This document shows positions 8,645-18,374 of a stretch of DNA of 64,000 nucleotides, in pieces (position 1 is the first letter of the stretch; each line of letters begins with the position of its first letter). Both the position numbers and the translations under genes were made by a program. The notes under the pieces are model-generated. The model did not search any database. It saw only the letters and a program-made list of their open reading frames with translations, and was not told the DNA's origin. Source of the stretch: Dehalococcoidia bacterium (GTDB lineage: Bacteria; Chloroflexota; Dehalococcoidia; Bin125); contig OY820591.1 of the NCBI GenBank assembly GCA_963555985.3, forward strand, positions 1,152,001-1,216,000, given 5' to 3'.

Positions 8645-9816
8645 GCGCGCGCGCAACAACTGAGCGAACGACGCCGGATTGGGCTGTTCCGGAGCGGCCG
8701 GAAGCGCCCTGGCTGCGGGCGACGCGAGCATTGCTTCGCAAGCGAATTGCGGTGGTGTGTCTGCTCACGATCATTGTTCTGTACGGAGCCGGCGCCTACA
8801 CCCTGCTTGACGCCTTCGGCGTTGACACCGGCCTCCAGGATCCAACCGCGTCAAACCTGAGCCAGCGAAGATCGATCCGGGATGTCGATGGATCGCCGGA
8901 GACCTTGGGTGCGTTCTCGGGGCGACTCAATGTGCCTATCAGCACGATCGCGGCCCTCAATCCGGAGATCGTTGAGGAGTACGGCCCGCTCAATGAAGGA
9001 ACGGTGCTCCCGGCCCGAACTGAGCTCCTGCTGCGAGAAGACGAGACATTGCAGGGGCCGTCCGCCCGGCACTGGTTCGGTACCGATCGCAACGGCCGTG
9101 ATCTGTTCGCGCGCGCGCTGTTTTCGTTGCGCACCACACTGATCATCAGCATTATCTCCGTCGTGTTCGGGAACATTTTCCTCGGGCTGGGCTTGGGCTT
9201 GTTGGCTGGATATCGCGGCGGTCGCATGGATCAGGTGATCATGCGCGTCGGCGACGTCGTGCTAGCGCTGCCGGGTCTCGTTTTTCTGATCGTGATTGTG
9301 GCCGTTTTTCGCGACCAATGGACAGAGTGGTTCCGTGTGATCGAGGACGAGACCGGTCTTGACTGGCTGATCGCTCAGGGAGTGGACGACTACGTCTTGA
9401 TCACATTTGCGTTGTCGTTTGTCGGCTGGGCAGGCTCGGCGAGATTTTATCGCGCGCAGGTGCTCGCGTTGCGCGAGACGGACTACATCCTGGCGGCCGA
9501 GACCATCGGCGCGCGAACTCCACGAATCCTCGTCCGCCATCTCTTCCCAGGCGTTGTGCCTTGGTTCGTGGTTGGGCTCAGCGCTTCGCTTGGAGAGATA
9601 GCCGGCGCTGAAGTCGTCCTGACTTGGCTTGGGATTGGGATCACGCCGCCGACCCCGTCCTTTGGCACGATGGTCGATGCGGCGGGGGGACGCACCTCGC
9701 TACTGCTGCACCCGCAGATGATGATTGTCCCGATGATGTTCCTGCTCGTGCTGATGCTGGCCTTCAATCTGCTTGGCGACGCGGTGAATGATGTCCTCAA
9801 TCCGCGTGGGCGTTGA
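8641..9816 (+). CDS. Opp/Dpp ABC permease (OppC-like) with LysM-like insert
   Basis: HWFGTDRNGRD, DYILAAETIGA..RHLFP, LGDA..D.LNP; ATGA overlap with the upstream gene; extra ~55-aa segment at 8872-9036. Confidence 0.9.
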   Translation: MSARATTERTTPDWAVPERPEAPWLRATRALLRKRIAVVCLLTIIVLYGAGAYTLLDAFGVDTGLQDPTASNLSQRRSIRDVDGSPETLGAFSGRLNVPISTIAALNPEIVEEYGPLNEGTVLPARTELLLREDETLQGPSARHWFGTDRNGRDLFARALFSLRTTLIISIISVVFGNIFLGLGLGLLAGYRGGRMDQVIMRVGDVVLALPGLVFLIVIVAVFRDQWTEWFRVIEDETGLDWLIAQGVDDYVLITFALSFVGWAGSARFYRAQVLALRETDYILAAETIGARTPRILVRHLFPGVVPWFVVGLSASLGEIAGAEVVLTWLGIGITPPTPSFGTMVDAAGGRTSLLLHPQMMIVPMMFLLVLMLAFNLLGDAVNDVLNPRGR

Positions 9817-9913
9817 TGGTCAAGTAGCTGCCCAACTCGCTGATATGCTCGGTGACTGAACACCGTTTCACGCTTGGCTTGGCGCGCCGGAGTGGGCGCA
9901 TGGAAGTGTACTG

Positions 9914-11296
9914 ATGAAAGTCACCGCTGAACGTATCCCTGAGGCGCAGATGCTGCTCGAGATCGAGTTGGACGACGCGCGTGTGAAGAAGTCATTGGAT
10001 CAGGCCGCTCGCCGGCTCTCCCAGCGGTACCGGATTCCGGGTTTTCGCAAGGGCAAGGCTCCTCGCCGTGTGGTCGAGCGGGCGCTGGGCGTCGACCTGG
10101 TGTTTGAGGAGGCGGCGGAGCGGATGATTCCGCAGGCGTTGCAGGAAGCGGTGGAGCAGGAGGGGTTGGAGCCGATCGCTCCGCCGAGCGTGGAGATCAC
10201 GGAACGGGAGCCGGTCACGTTCACGGCCACAGTACCGCTCGCGCCGGTGATTGACTTGGGCGATTACCGCGCCATCGCGGTCGCAAAGCCGGAGAGCGAG
10301 TTTTCCGACGAGCTGATCGAGAAGCAACTGCTAGAGCTGCGTCGCCAGCACGCAGTGCTGGAGCCGGTTGAGCGCGAGCCGCAGCTGAACGACCGCGTGA
10401 CCGCCGACGTGAAGGCGGAGGCGGGTGGAGAGCAGATCCTAGACCAGCCCGGGGCCGAGTTTCACCTGCGCGAGGAAGCGGTGATTGGGGTACCCGGATT
10501 GTGCGAGCGTCTGGTCGGGGTCGCGGTCGGGGAGGAGCACGTGATCAACATTGACGTAGACGAGGATTGGGACGATGAAGAAGTCGCCGGTAAGACGGTG
10601 ACCTTCACGGTCACGATTCACGATGTCAAGAGTGAAGAACTGCCCGAACCGGACGACGACTTTGCGATGGAGGTCTCGGAGGAATTCGAGACGTTCGCGG
10701 CGCTGCGCCAGCGCGTATCGGACAACCTGCGCGAACAGACCGATCGCCAGGTGGACGAACAGTTCAGCCGCGCGGTGTTGGAGGCGGTGATCGGACGGGC
10801 GTCGCTGGAGTACCCGCCGGCGCTGGTTGAGCACGAGATCGAGCACATGCGCCAGGACTTTGCGCGGCAGATGGGACAGGATCCGCAGACCTTCCTGGCC
10901 GGCGGCGGCGAGCAGGCCGATCAGCTCTTGAGCAGCTTCCGCGCGCAGGCTAATGAGCGTGTGATCAATACGCTGGTGCTGCAAGAGGTCGCGGAAGCCG
11001 AGCAGATCGAACTGGTTCACGAGGAGATCGAGGCAGAGCTTGAGCGGATGCTGGAGGTTACCCAGACGCCGCCGGAGACGGCGGAGGAGATGCGGAGCAA
11101 TGAGCAGGTGCGCGAGAACGTGCGCGGGCGATTGGTGCGGGAGCGGACGGTTGAGCGGCTTCAGCAGATCGCGTTGACGAACTATGCCGCGGCTCCGGCA
11201 GAGGATGCGGACGAGTTGGACGAACCCGACCTAGACGAGCCAGGGGCCGAAGCTGAAGCGGGAGTCGAGGCCGAAGCGGACGAGGCGGAGGAGTGA
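9914..11296 (+). CDS. tig: Trigger factor
   Basis: IPGFRKGKAP ribosome-binding signature; position upstream of clpP-clpX. Confidence 0.95.
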   Translation: MKVTAERIPEAQMLLEIELDDARVKKSLDQAARRLSQRYRIPGFRKGKAPRRVVERALGVDLVFEEAAERMIPQALQEAVEQEGLEPIAPPSVEITEREPVTFTATVPLAPVIDLGDYRAIAVAKPESEFSDELIEKQLLELRRQHAVLEPVEREPQLNDRVTADVKAEAGGEQILDQPGAEFHLREEAVIGVPGLCERLVGVAVGEEHVINIDVDEDWDDEEVAGKTVTFTVTIHDVKSEELPEPDDDFAMEVSEEFETFAALRQRVSDNLREQTDRQVDEQFSRAVLEAVIGRASLEYPPALVEHEIEHMRQDFARQMGQDPQTFLAGGGEQADQLLSSFRAQANERVINTLVLQEVAEAEQIELVHEEIEAELERMLEVTQTPPETAEEMRSNEQVRENVRGRLVRERTVERLQQIALTNYAAAPAEDADELDEPDLDEPGAEAEAGVEAEADEAEE

Positions 11297-11408
11297 GCGA
11301 CGCCTCTGTTGCCGGCGTCGCGTAACGCGCCTGCGCACGCTGTTCTGTCCCAATTGCGTCTCGCGCGTTCGCCAAGCCTGAGTACACTTGACGGCGAAGG
11401 AGGGCGAT

Positions 11409-12041
11409 ATGCCTCTGACCCATCCCAGCAGCATCATTCCGATGGTCGTGGAGACCACGAACCGCGGCGAGCGCGCCTACGACATCTACTCACTGCTTCT
11501 GCGCGAGCGCATCATTTTCCTCGGCACGCCGATCGATGATCAGATCGCCAACGTGATCGTCGCCCAGCTCCTCTACCTCGATCGTGAGGATCCCGACCGC
11601 GACATTCAGCTCTACGTCAACTCGCCGGGCGGCGTGATCACCGCCGGCCTCGCGATCTACGACACGATGCAGCTGATTAAGGCCGACGTCTCAACGATCT
11701 GCGTGGGCATGTCGGCGTCGATGGGCACAGTGCTGCTGTCGGCGGGGGCGCAGGGCAAGCGCTTCGCCTTGCCGCACGCGACGATCCATATGCACCAGGC
11801 GCTGGGCGGCGCGCGCGGGCAAGCGGCGGACATCGAAATCGCCGCGCGCGAAATTCTTCGCAACAACGAGACAATTCGCAGCATCCTCGCCCAACACACG
11901 GGCCAGCCGCTGGACCGGATCAAGGCGGACACCGACCGCGACTTCTATCTCGACGCGGAGCAGGCGCAGGAATACGGCCTCGTGGACGCGGTGCTCTCCA
12001 GCGAAGCGGCGGGGGATGCGGCCGCGGCCGCTGGAGCCTAA
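11409..12041 (+). CDS. clpP: ATP-dependent Clp protease proteolytic subunit
   Basis: [19 protein letters not shown] catalytic Ser, HQ, DRD; AAGGAGG RBS before ATG 11409. Confidence 0.97.
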   Translation: MPLTHPSSIIPMVVETTNRGERAYDIYSLLLRERIIFLGTPIDDQIANVIVAQLLYLDREDPDRDIQLYVNSPGGVITAGLAIYDTMQLIKADVSTICVGMSASMGTVLLSAGAQGKRFALPHATIHMHQALGGARGQAADIEIAAREILRNNETIRSILAQHTGQPLDRIKADTDRDFYLDAEQAQEYGLVDAVLSSEAAGDAAAAAGA

Positions 12042-12113
12042 TCTACGCACGGCCCAGTCACACTCCTGCACGCTGCCTGTTTCCACTCACGTGCAGCGCG
12101 GAGAGGATGCCCG

Positions 12114-13445
12114 ATGAGCTCAGCACACGGCGGTGGGCGTATTCAGTTCCACTGTTCTTTCTGCGCCAAGGATCAGTCCCAGGTCCGGCGGCTCGTGGCC
12201 GGACCCGGCGGCGTCTATATCTGCGACGAATGCGTCGAGGCTTGTCGCAGCGTGATCCGCGAAGAGGCCGTCAACAGCGGGGAAGCGCCCCCGGAACGCA
12301 GCGCGCCGCCAACCCAGACCCTACCCCCGCAGGCGATCTACGAGCGGCTTTGCGAACACGTCGTCGGCCAGGAAGACGCCAAGCGGGTGCTCGCCGTCGC
12401 CGTCTACAACCATTACAAACGGATCAACACCGTCATAGATCCCGACGACGGTGTTGAGCTTGAGAAGAGCAACATCTTGCTCGTCGGCCCCACCGGTTCG
12501 GGCAAGACGCTGCTCGCGGCTACGCTCGCGCGCATCCTCGATGTTCCCTTCTCGATCGCCGACGCCACTGCTCTGACTGAGGCCGGCTACGTCGGTGAGG
12601 ATGTCGAGAACATCCTGCTGCACCTGATCCAGGCTGCCGACTTCGACATCGCCCGCGCCGAGCGCGGGATCATCTACATCGACGAAATCGACAAGATCGC
12701 GCGCAAAGCAGACAACCCGTCGATTACACGCGATGTCTCGGGCGAGGGCGTCCAGCAGGCGCTGCTTAAGATCATCGAAGGAACGGTCGCGTCCGTCCCG
12801 CCGCAGGGCGGGCGCAAACATCCGCATCAAGAGTTCCTCCAGATCGACACCAGCAAGGTGCTGTTTATCTGCGGCGGCGCGTTTGAGGGACTCGACCAGA
12901 TCATTGACCGGCGCGTGACGACGGGTGTGCGCAGCATCGGCTTCGGCTCCGAGGTGCGCACCGTCGCCGACCAGGACCTCCTGTTGCATCAACTCAGCCA
13001 CGACGACTTGCAGAAGTACGGGCTGATCCCCGAGTTTGTGGGCCGCCTGCCGGTCGTCGTCACGCTGAACCAGCTTGACCAGGACTCGCTCGTTCGCATC
13101 CTGACCGAGCCGAAGAACGCGCTGATCCGGCAGTACGAACGCTTCTTCGGCATGGACGATGTCGAACTCAGCTTTACCCCGGAGGCGTTGGAAGCGATCG
13201 CGGAACGCGCGATCTCCGAGAAGACGGGAGCCCGCGGGCTGCGCACGGTCGTCGAGAGTCTGCTCCTGGATGTGATGTTCGAAGTGCCGAGCCGGCCGGA
13301 AGTGGTGAAGTGCGTCGTCAACGCGGACACGATCCGCCGCGACGAACGCCCGCTGCTGCTCAATGAGCACGGCCTCGCTGTGGAATACGAGGCCATTCGC
13401 CGGCGGTCGGACGGAGAGATTCCCCAGCGCCAGGAAAGCGCCTGA
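12114..13445 (+). CDS. clpX: ATP-dependent Clp protease ATPase subunit
   Basis: CSFC..CDEC zinc domain, [26 protein letters not shown] loop. Confidence 0.98.
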   Translation: MSSAHGGGRIQFHCSFCAKDQSQVRRLVAGPGGVYICDECVEACRSVIREEAVNSGEAPPERSAPPTQTLPPQAIYERLCEHVVGQEDAKRVLAVAVYNHYKRINTVIDPDDGVELEKSNILLVGPTGSGKTLLAATLARILDVPFSIADATALTEAGYVGEDVENILLHLIQAADFDIARAERGIIYIDEIDKIARKADNPSITRDVSGEGVQQALLKIIEGTVASVPPQGGRKHPHQEFLQIDTSKVLFICGGAFEGLDQIIDRRVTTGVRSIGFGSEVRTVADQDLLLHQLSHDDLQKYGLIPEFVGRLPVVVTLNQLDQDSLVRILTEPKNALIRQYERFFGMDDVELSFTPEALEAIAERAISEKTGARGLRTVVESLLLDVMFEVPSRPEVVKCVVNADTIRRDERPLLLNEHGLAVEYEAIRRRSDGEIPQRQESA

Positions 13446-14221
13446 TGTCCGTTCGGGCTTCCACCGCCCAGACCACTCGCCGACCTGCGCCGAAGCGCGC
13501 CAGCCAACGCGCCGATCAGTTCCTCGTTGATCAAGGGCTCGCCCCCGACCTAGCCACCGCTCGCGCGCTGATCATGGCGGGCCGCGTCCACAGCGATGGA
13601 CGCCGCTACACACAGCCCGGTCAACAGGTGCGTGTCGATGTGCAGCTGCGCGTTCGCGGCCAGTCCGCCTATGTATCGCGCGGCGGGACTAAGCTCGCCG
13701 CCGCCCTGGACGCATGGCCGGTTGATCCGACCGGTCGCGTTTGTCTGGACGTTGGCGCCGCCGCTGGCGGCTTCACCGATGCGCTGTTGCAATATGGAGC
13801 GGCGCAGGTCACCGCTGTTGATGTCGGCTACGGACAGCTGCACCCGCGCCTGCGCAACGACTCTCGCGTGACGGTGCTGGAACGCACACACATCCGAGAC
13901 CTGCCGCCGCTATCGCCCGCTCCCACTCTGGCGGTCGCCGATCTGTCATTCATTGGCCTGCGGCAAGTCCTGCCCGCGATTGCGGAGGCTCTGAGTCCGC
14001 ACTCCGACATCATCGCGCTGGTCAAGCCGCAGTTCGAGGCTCCCGCCGACCGCGTCGATCCGGACGGCGTAGTTCGTGATCGACGAATACAGGCTGAAGC
14101 CGTGAGCAGCGTGATCGCCTGGGCAGTCGAACATCGCTGGCGCGTCGGCGGCGTACTGCGTTCACCGCTCAAGGGTCCGGCGGGTAATCATGAGTGGTTT
14201 CTCTGGCTGCGCACCCCATGA
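13445..14221 (+). CDS. tlyA: TlyA family rRNA 2'-O-methyltransferase
   Basis: S4-like N-terminus, YVSRGG.KL, LDVGA..GGFTD, DLSFI, LVKPQFE, GPAGN.E. Confidence 0.93.
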   Translation: MSVRASTAQTTRRPAPKRASQRADQFLVDQGLAPDLATARALIMAGRVHSDGRRYTQPGQQVRVDVQLRVRGQSAYVSRGGTKLAAALDAWPVDPTGRVCLDVGAAAGGFTDALLQYGAAQVTAVDVGYGQLHPRLRNDSRVTVLERTHIRDLPPLSPAPTLAVADLSFIGLRQVLPAIAEALSPHSDIIALVKPQFEAPADRVDPDGVVRDRRIQAEAVSSVIAWAVEHRWRVGGVLRSPLKGPAGNHEWFLWLRTP

Positions 14222-14258
14222 CTAGTCTGCGTCTATCCAACCTACGGCGGTCCGAGTC

Positions 14259-15173
14259 GTGAGCCATCCAACAATTCGCTGTATCGGCATCTACCACCAC
14301 CCGCGCTTGAAAGAGGCCAAGCGAAGTGCAGAGACGCTCGCTGCGCGCTTGCGCGAGCACCTCAGCGATGTCTGGCTCTCCGATCCCTGGGATTCGGACG
14401 CCTCCACAGCCCGCCTGCCGGAGACGGATCTGCTGATCTGCCTGGGAGGCGACGGTACCGTCCTCCGCGCCGCCCGAGCCACCGCGCCCTACCGCACTGT
14501 CATTCTCGGCGTCGATATGGGCAGACAAGCGTTTCTGACGGAGCTCACGCCCGAACAGATCGACGATCATCTGCCGGCGCTGCTTGACGGCGACTTCGAG
14601 ATTGAAGATCGCACGATGCTCGAGGCGCGACCGCAGGGTGCGATCGATCTCACCGGCGAGCCGATGCCGGCGCTCAACGACATCATGCTCGGCCGCGGCA
14701 GCCTCGGTCAGCCCGCCTACCTCTGGGTGCGCGTGAACGGTGATCTGATCGGCGTCGTCCGCGCCGACGCCATCGTCGTCGCCAGCGCGACCGGCAGCAC
14801 GGGCTACTCGCTCTCGGCTGGCGGGCCGATCCTGCACCCGCGCTCTCGCAGCGTAGTCCTCACGCCGGTCGCGCCCCATTTGGCTGCAGCTGCGCCGTTG
14901 GTGCTTCCCTCGGACGTGATCATCCAACTCAACCTGGGCCGGGAACATCCGGGCTCGCTTTCGGTCGATGGGCAAGGCCCGTACCGGCTCGAACCGGGCG
15001 GCGGCGTCGAAGTCAGACGCAGCGAGTACCTGGCCAGACTTGTGCGCTTCGGCGAGCGGCCATTCTTCCCTCAGCTCGGGCAGCGTCTCGCCTGGCTCGA
15101 AGAGCGGCGGCTGCGCGCTGCCTCGCGCACGGGGATTGAGTCGTTCGATTCCGAAGGCGCTGATCCCTCTTAA
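14259..15173 (+). CDS. nadK: NAD kinase
   Basis: GGDGT, ALND, A.ATGSTGYSLSAGGPI. Confidence 0.94.
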   Translation: MSHPTIRCIGIYHHPRLKEAKRSAETLAARLREHLSDVWLSDPWDSDASTARLPETDLLICLGGDGTVLRAARATAPYRTVILGVDMGRQAFLTELTPEQIDDHLPALLDGDFEIEDRTMLEARPQGAIDLTGEPMPALNDIMLGRGSLGQPAYLWVRVNGDLIGVVRADAIVVASATGSTGYSLSAGGPILHPRSRSVVLTPVAPHLAAAAPLVLPSDVIIQLNLGREHPGSLSVDGQGPYRLEPGGGVEVRRSEYLARLVRFGERPFFPQLGQRLAWLEERRLRAASRTGIESFDSEGADPS

Positions 15174-15188
15174 CGTTGCGGGGCGTCG

Positions 15189-15212
15189 CCGAACGGATGG
15201 TTCGGGTATCAT
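15189..15212 (+). promoter_or_regulatory. Palindrome CCGAAC-N5-GTTCGG adjoining a TATCAT -10-like hexamer upstream of recN
   Basis: Seen in sequence; resembles a GAAC-N4-GTTC SOS box with a spacer one base longer. Confidence 0.45.
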
Positions 15213-15250
15213 ACGCCTGAGAATCAAACGTCCAAGCTCGGAGCTCTACG

Positions 15251-17035
15251 GTGTTGATCGGTCTGCATCTGCGTGACTTCGCGCTGGCCGAGCGCGCTGA
15301 CCTTGAGTTGGCCTCGGGTCTCACCGTGATCACCGGTGAGACCGGAGCCGGCAAGAGCGTGCTGATCCAGGCGCTCGCGTTCACGCTCGGGGCCTCGCCT
15401 GACCTGGCGATGATCCGCCCCAGGGCAGCGCGTGCTCAAGTGGAGGCGGTCTTCGACCTCTCAGAAGCCGCGATCCGCCCGCAACTCGACCAGACCTTGG
15501 GCGAAGCGGAGATTCCCTTTGACGGGGAGCTAATCATTCGCCGCACAGTCTCACGTCCGCAGAACGGCAGCGGCCGTCTTAGCGCGCGGTTGCGGATCAA
15601 CGATCACGCCGCGCCGATCGCGACGCTGCGTGCAATTGCGCCGCTGCTCGCCGATATTCACGGGCAACGAGACAATCTGTCGTTGCTGCGGCCGCCGCAG
15701 CAATTGGCGCTGCTCGATCGCTATGCGGGTCTGGAGTCGCAGCGGTCTGAGTTCGGAGGCATGGTGCGGCGCTTGCAGGCACTCGACCGTCAGGTTGCCG
15801 AACTCAGCGGCAACGAGCGCGAACGGGCGCGGCGAATCGCTCTGCTCTTGCATGAGGCCGAAGAGATCGCCGACGCAGGTCTGACCCCCGGCGAAGACGA
15901 CGAACTGCGAGCGCTGCACACGCGCCTGGTTCACGCGCAACGACTCGCCCAGGAGGCCGAAACGACGCGGGCCGCGCTCGATGATGACTCGCTTGCTGCG
16001 GCTCTCGGAGCTACACAGCGGATGCTCGATCTGGATCCTTCGGCTGAGTCGTTGGTCGCCAGCCTGGAAGCGGCCGCTGAGTATGTCGCCGACGCTCAGC
16101 GCACACTCCGTGAGTACACCGACCGCCTCAGTCTCGACTCCGGGCAATTGAACGACGTCGAAGCGCGTTTGGCCCTGATCTCCGATATGCAGCGACGATA
16201 CGGCGATACGGTGACCGAAATCATCGCCTACAGCGAACGGGCCGCCAACGAAGCAGCGGCTCTGGAACAAGCAGGACATAACGTCGAGAGCCTCCAACAG
16301 GAGGCCGACGAACTCGCCCTCGAAGCAGCAGCCGCTGGCGTATCGCTCAGTGCTCGCAGGCGTGAGGCGGCGCGAGAACTATTGGCGCAAGTCCGCGCCG
16401 AGTGCGAATCGCTGCGGCTCACGAACGCCCAACTGCAACTCCGCTTCGAGCCGCTCTCCCCAGCCAACGAAGGGCGGAGTCTGCGTCCAGTGGACGATCC
16501 GGATGTGCTGGAACCGCAGTGCGTCAGTCCCGGCCAAACGCTGCCCGACGGCCCGCGCCGATCCACCGTCGGCTTTGACCAGACCGGGATCGAGCGGGTC
16601 GAAATGCTGGTCTCGTTCAATCCGGAGGCGTCCCCTCAGCCGCTGCGCCGGGTCGCCAGCGGCGGCGAGACGGCGCGGCTCATGCTGGCGCTCAAGGCGG
16701 CGTTGGGCGAGAACGACGAGATTCCGCTGCTCGTCTTCGACGAGGTCGATGTCGGCTTGGGTGGACGCAGCGGGGGCATCATCGGCGCTCGTCTCCACCA
16801 TCTCGCGCAGCGGCGGCAAGTGATCTGCATCACCCACTTGCCTCAAGTGGCAGCGCGAGCCGGCCAACACGTGATCGTCTCGAAGTCCGCTGACGAGTCC
16901 CGCACCGAAGTCGATGTGCGAACGCTTGACCAAGAACAGCGGTTGGTCGAACTAGCGGAGATGCTCGGCGGCGATTCCCCGGCAAACCGATCCAGCGCGG
17001 CAGAACTACTGAGGAACGCGGCGGTGGCGGCATGA
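15251..17035 (+). CDS. recN: DNA repair protein RecN
   Basis: TGETGAGKS Walker A, IHGQ, coiled coil, ASGGE, LVFDEVD, ITHLPQVAA. Confidence 0.96.
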   Translation: MLIGLHLRDFALAERADLELASGLTVITGETGAGKSVLIQALAFTLGASPDLAMIRPRAARAQVEAVFDLSEAAIRPQLDQTLGEAEIPFDGELIIRRTVSRPQNGSGRLSARLRINDHAAPIATLRAIAPLLADIHGQRDNLSLLRPPQQLALLDRYAGLESQRSEFGGMVRRLQALDRQVAELSGNERERARRIALLLHEAEEIADAGLTPGEDDELRALHTRLVHAQRLAQEAETTRAALDDDSLAAALGATQRMLDLDPSAESLVASLEAAAEYVADAQRTLREYTDRLSLDSGQLNDVEARLALISDMQRRYGDTVTEIIAYSERAANEAAALEQAGHNVESLQQEADELALEAAAAGVSLSARRREAARELLAQVRAECESLRLTNAQLQLRFEPLSPANEGRSLRPVDDPDVLEPQCVSPGQTLPDGPRRSTVGFDQTGIERVEMLVSFNPEASPQPLRRVASGGETARLMLALKAALGENDEIPLLVFDEVDVGLGGRSGGIIGARLHHLAQRRQVICITHLPQVAARAGQHVIVSKSADESRTEVDVRTLDQEQRLVELAEMLGGDSPANRSSAAELLRNAAVAA

Positions 17036-17634
17036 GCGCCGAAACGACATCGGAAGCCCCGGTTCCGGTTGCTGTCATCAGACAGCGCGAGTCGGAAGTA
17101 CACGCCCTCGAAGAACAGTCCGAGACCGGCGGAACACTCACCCCCTTGCGGGCGGTGCCGGCGGCGCTGGACGATGCACCGGAAATCCATCGGCTGATCC
17201 AGTACTGGTTCGAGCAGACTGGTGATGTTCTGCCTCGAACCGAAGGAGAAATCTACGAGACAATCCGTGACTTTCAGGTCATCCGCGATCCCGAAAGCCG
17301 CTCGTCGAAGAAGTTGCTCGCCGCCGGCGCGCTGCATGTCGTCTGGCGCGACTTGGCCGAGATCAAGTCCTTGGTCGTCGATCCCTCCACGCAGGGCAAG
17401 GGGCTGGGCCGGGTTGTGGTTGACGCCTGCCTCGAAGACGCGGTTGCACTCGGCCTCAAGACCGTGTTTGCGCTCACGACTACGCCGGCCTTCTTCGAGC
17501 GCTTGGGATTCCGCGTCGCCGGTGTGAGCGCCTTTCCGCGCAAGGTCTGGAACGAGTGCTTCCGCTGTCCCAAGTACAACGCCTGCGACGAGATCGCTGT
17601 CAGTATCGACCTGCGCGACAGGCTCAACACGTAA
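17032..17634 (+). CDS. GNAT N-acetyltransferase (short ArgA-like family)
   Basis: LPR..EIYE.IRDF, LAEIKSL, QGKGLG, VFALT, PRKVWNECFRCPK..CDE. Confidence 0.8.
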   Translation: MSAETTSEAPVPVAVIRQRESEVHALEEQSETGGTLTPLRAVPAALDDAPEIHRLIQYWFEQTGDVLPRTEGEIYETIRDFQVIRDPESRSSKKLLAAGALHVVWRDLAEIKSLVVDPSTQGKGLGRVVVDACLEDAVALGLKTVFALTTTPAFFERLGFRVAGVSAFPRKVWNECFRCPKYNACDEIAVSIDLRDRLNT

Positions 17635-17638
17635 GATG

Positions 17639-17698
17639 TCCCCTCTCCCTCGGGGAGAGAGCCTGTCCCCGCGACGGCGGGGAGTTAGGGTGAGGGCC
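17639..17698. repeat. Family B REP-like hairpin with nested module C
   Basis: CCCCTCTCCCTCGGGGAGAG + AGCCTGTCCCCGCGACGGCGGGG + AGTTAGGGTGAGGG. Confidence 0.75.
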
Positions 17699-18292
17699 AT
17701 GGCCGAGCAACATGACCCCCTCACCGAAACCGTGCTCACTTCTGAGCAGGTCTTCAGCGGCTCCCGCATCAACGTCCGCGTCGACGAGGTCGCTATGGCC
17801 GACGGCCGTCGTGCCCGCCGCGAAGTCGTTGAGCATCCCGACGCTGTCGTCATCCTCGCCATCCGAGACGATGGAAACATCGCCTTCGTTCGCCAGTGGC
17901 GACATCCGGCCGGCCGGCCGCTCCTGGAACTCCCGGCTGGGCGAATTGATCCCGGTGAATCGCCAGAAGAAACCGCCCGCCGCGAACTCAGGGAGGAAGT
18001 CGGCCTCAACCCCGGCCGCCTCGACTTCGCCCGCGGCTTCTACGTAGCCCCCGCCTCATTGGACGAGTTCCTGCACGGCTTCATCGCCCGCGATTGCACT
18101 GAATCGCCGCTGGAGGCCGACGAAGACGAGGAGCTGATCGTCGAGTGGAAGCCGCTCGGCGAAGCGATCGGCCTCGTCGAATCCGGCGAGATCATCGACG
18201 CGAAGTCCGTCATCCTGATCCAGTACTTGGCGCTGGAAGCGGTTGGCCCGCTCGGACGAAAGATCGTGCGTCACTACCGAGGACAGGAGTAG
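17699..18292 (+). CDS. NUDIX hydrolase (ADP-ribose pyrophosphatase-like)
   Basis: ELPAG.IDPGESPEETARRELREEVG Nudix box; REVVEHP; DAKS. Confidence 0.9.
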   Translation: MAEQHDPLTETVLTSEQVFSGSRINVRVDEVAMADGRRARREVVEHPDAVVILAIRDDGNIAFVRQWRHPAGRPLLELPAGRIDPGESPEETARRELREEVGLNPGRLDFARGFYVAPASLDEFLHGFIARDCTESPLEADEDEELIVEWKPLGEAIGLVESGEIIDAKSVILIQYLALEAVGPLGRKIVRHYRGQE

Positions 18293-18374
18293 GTTCTTGC
18301 CGCACACGCGACTACCGCCCAATGCCAATCAGTGCGAAACTTGAGAGGCACGATCCACTCGGAAGGTCTGAGCC

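Noticed and set aside
9817-9913. tRNA upstream of tig (a common location)
   Set aside because: No T-loop GTTCRA motif, cloverleaf or CCA end is visible.
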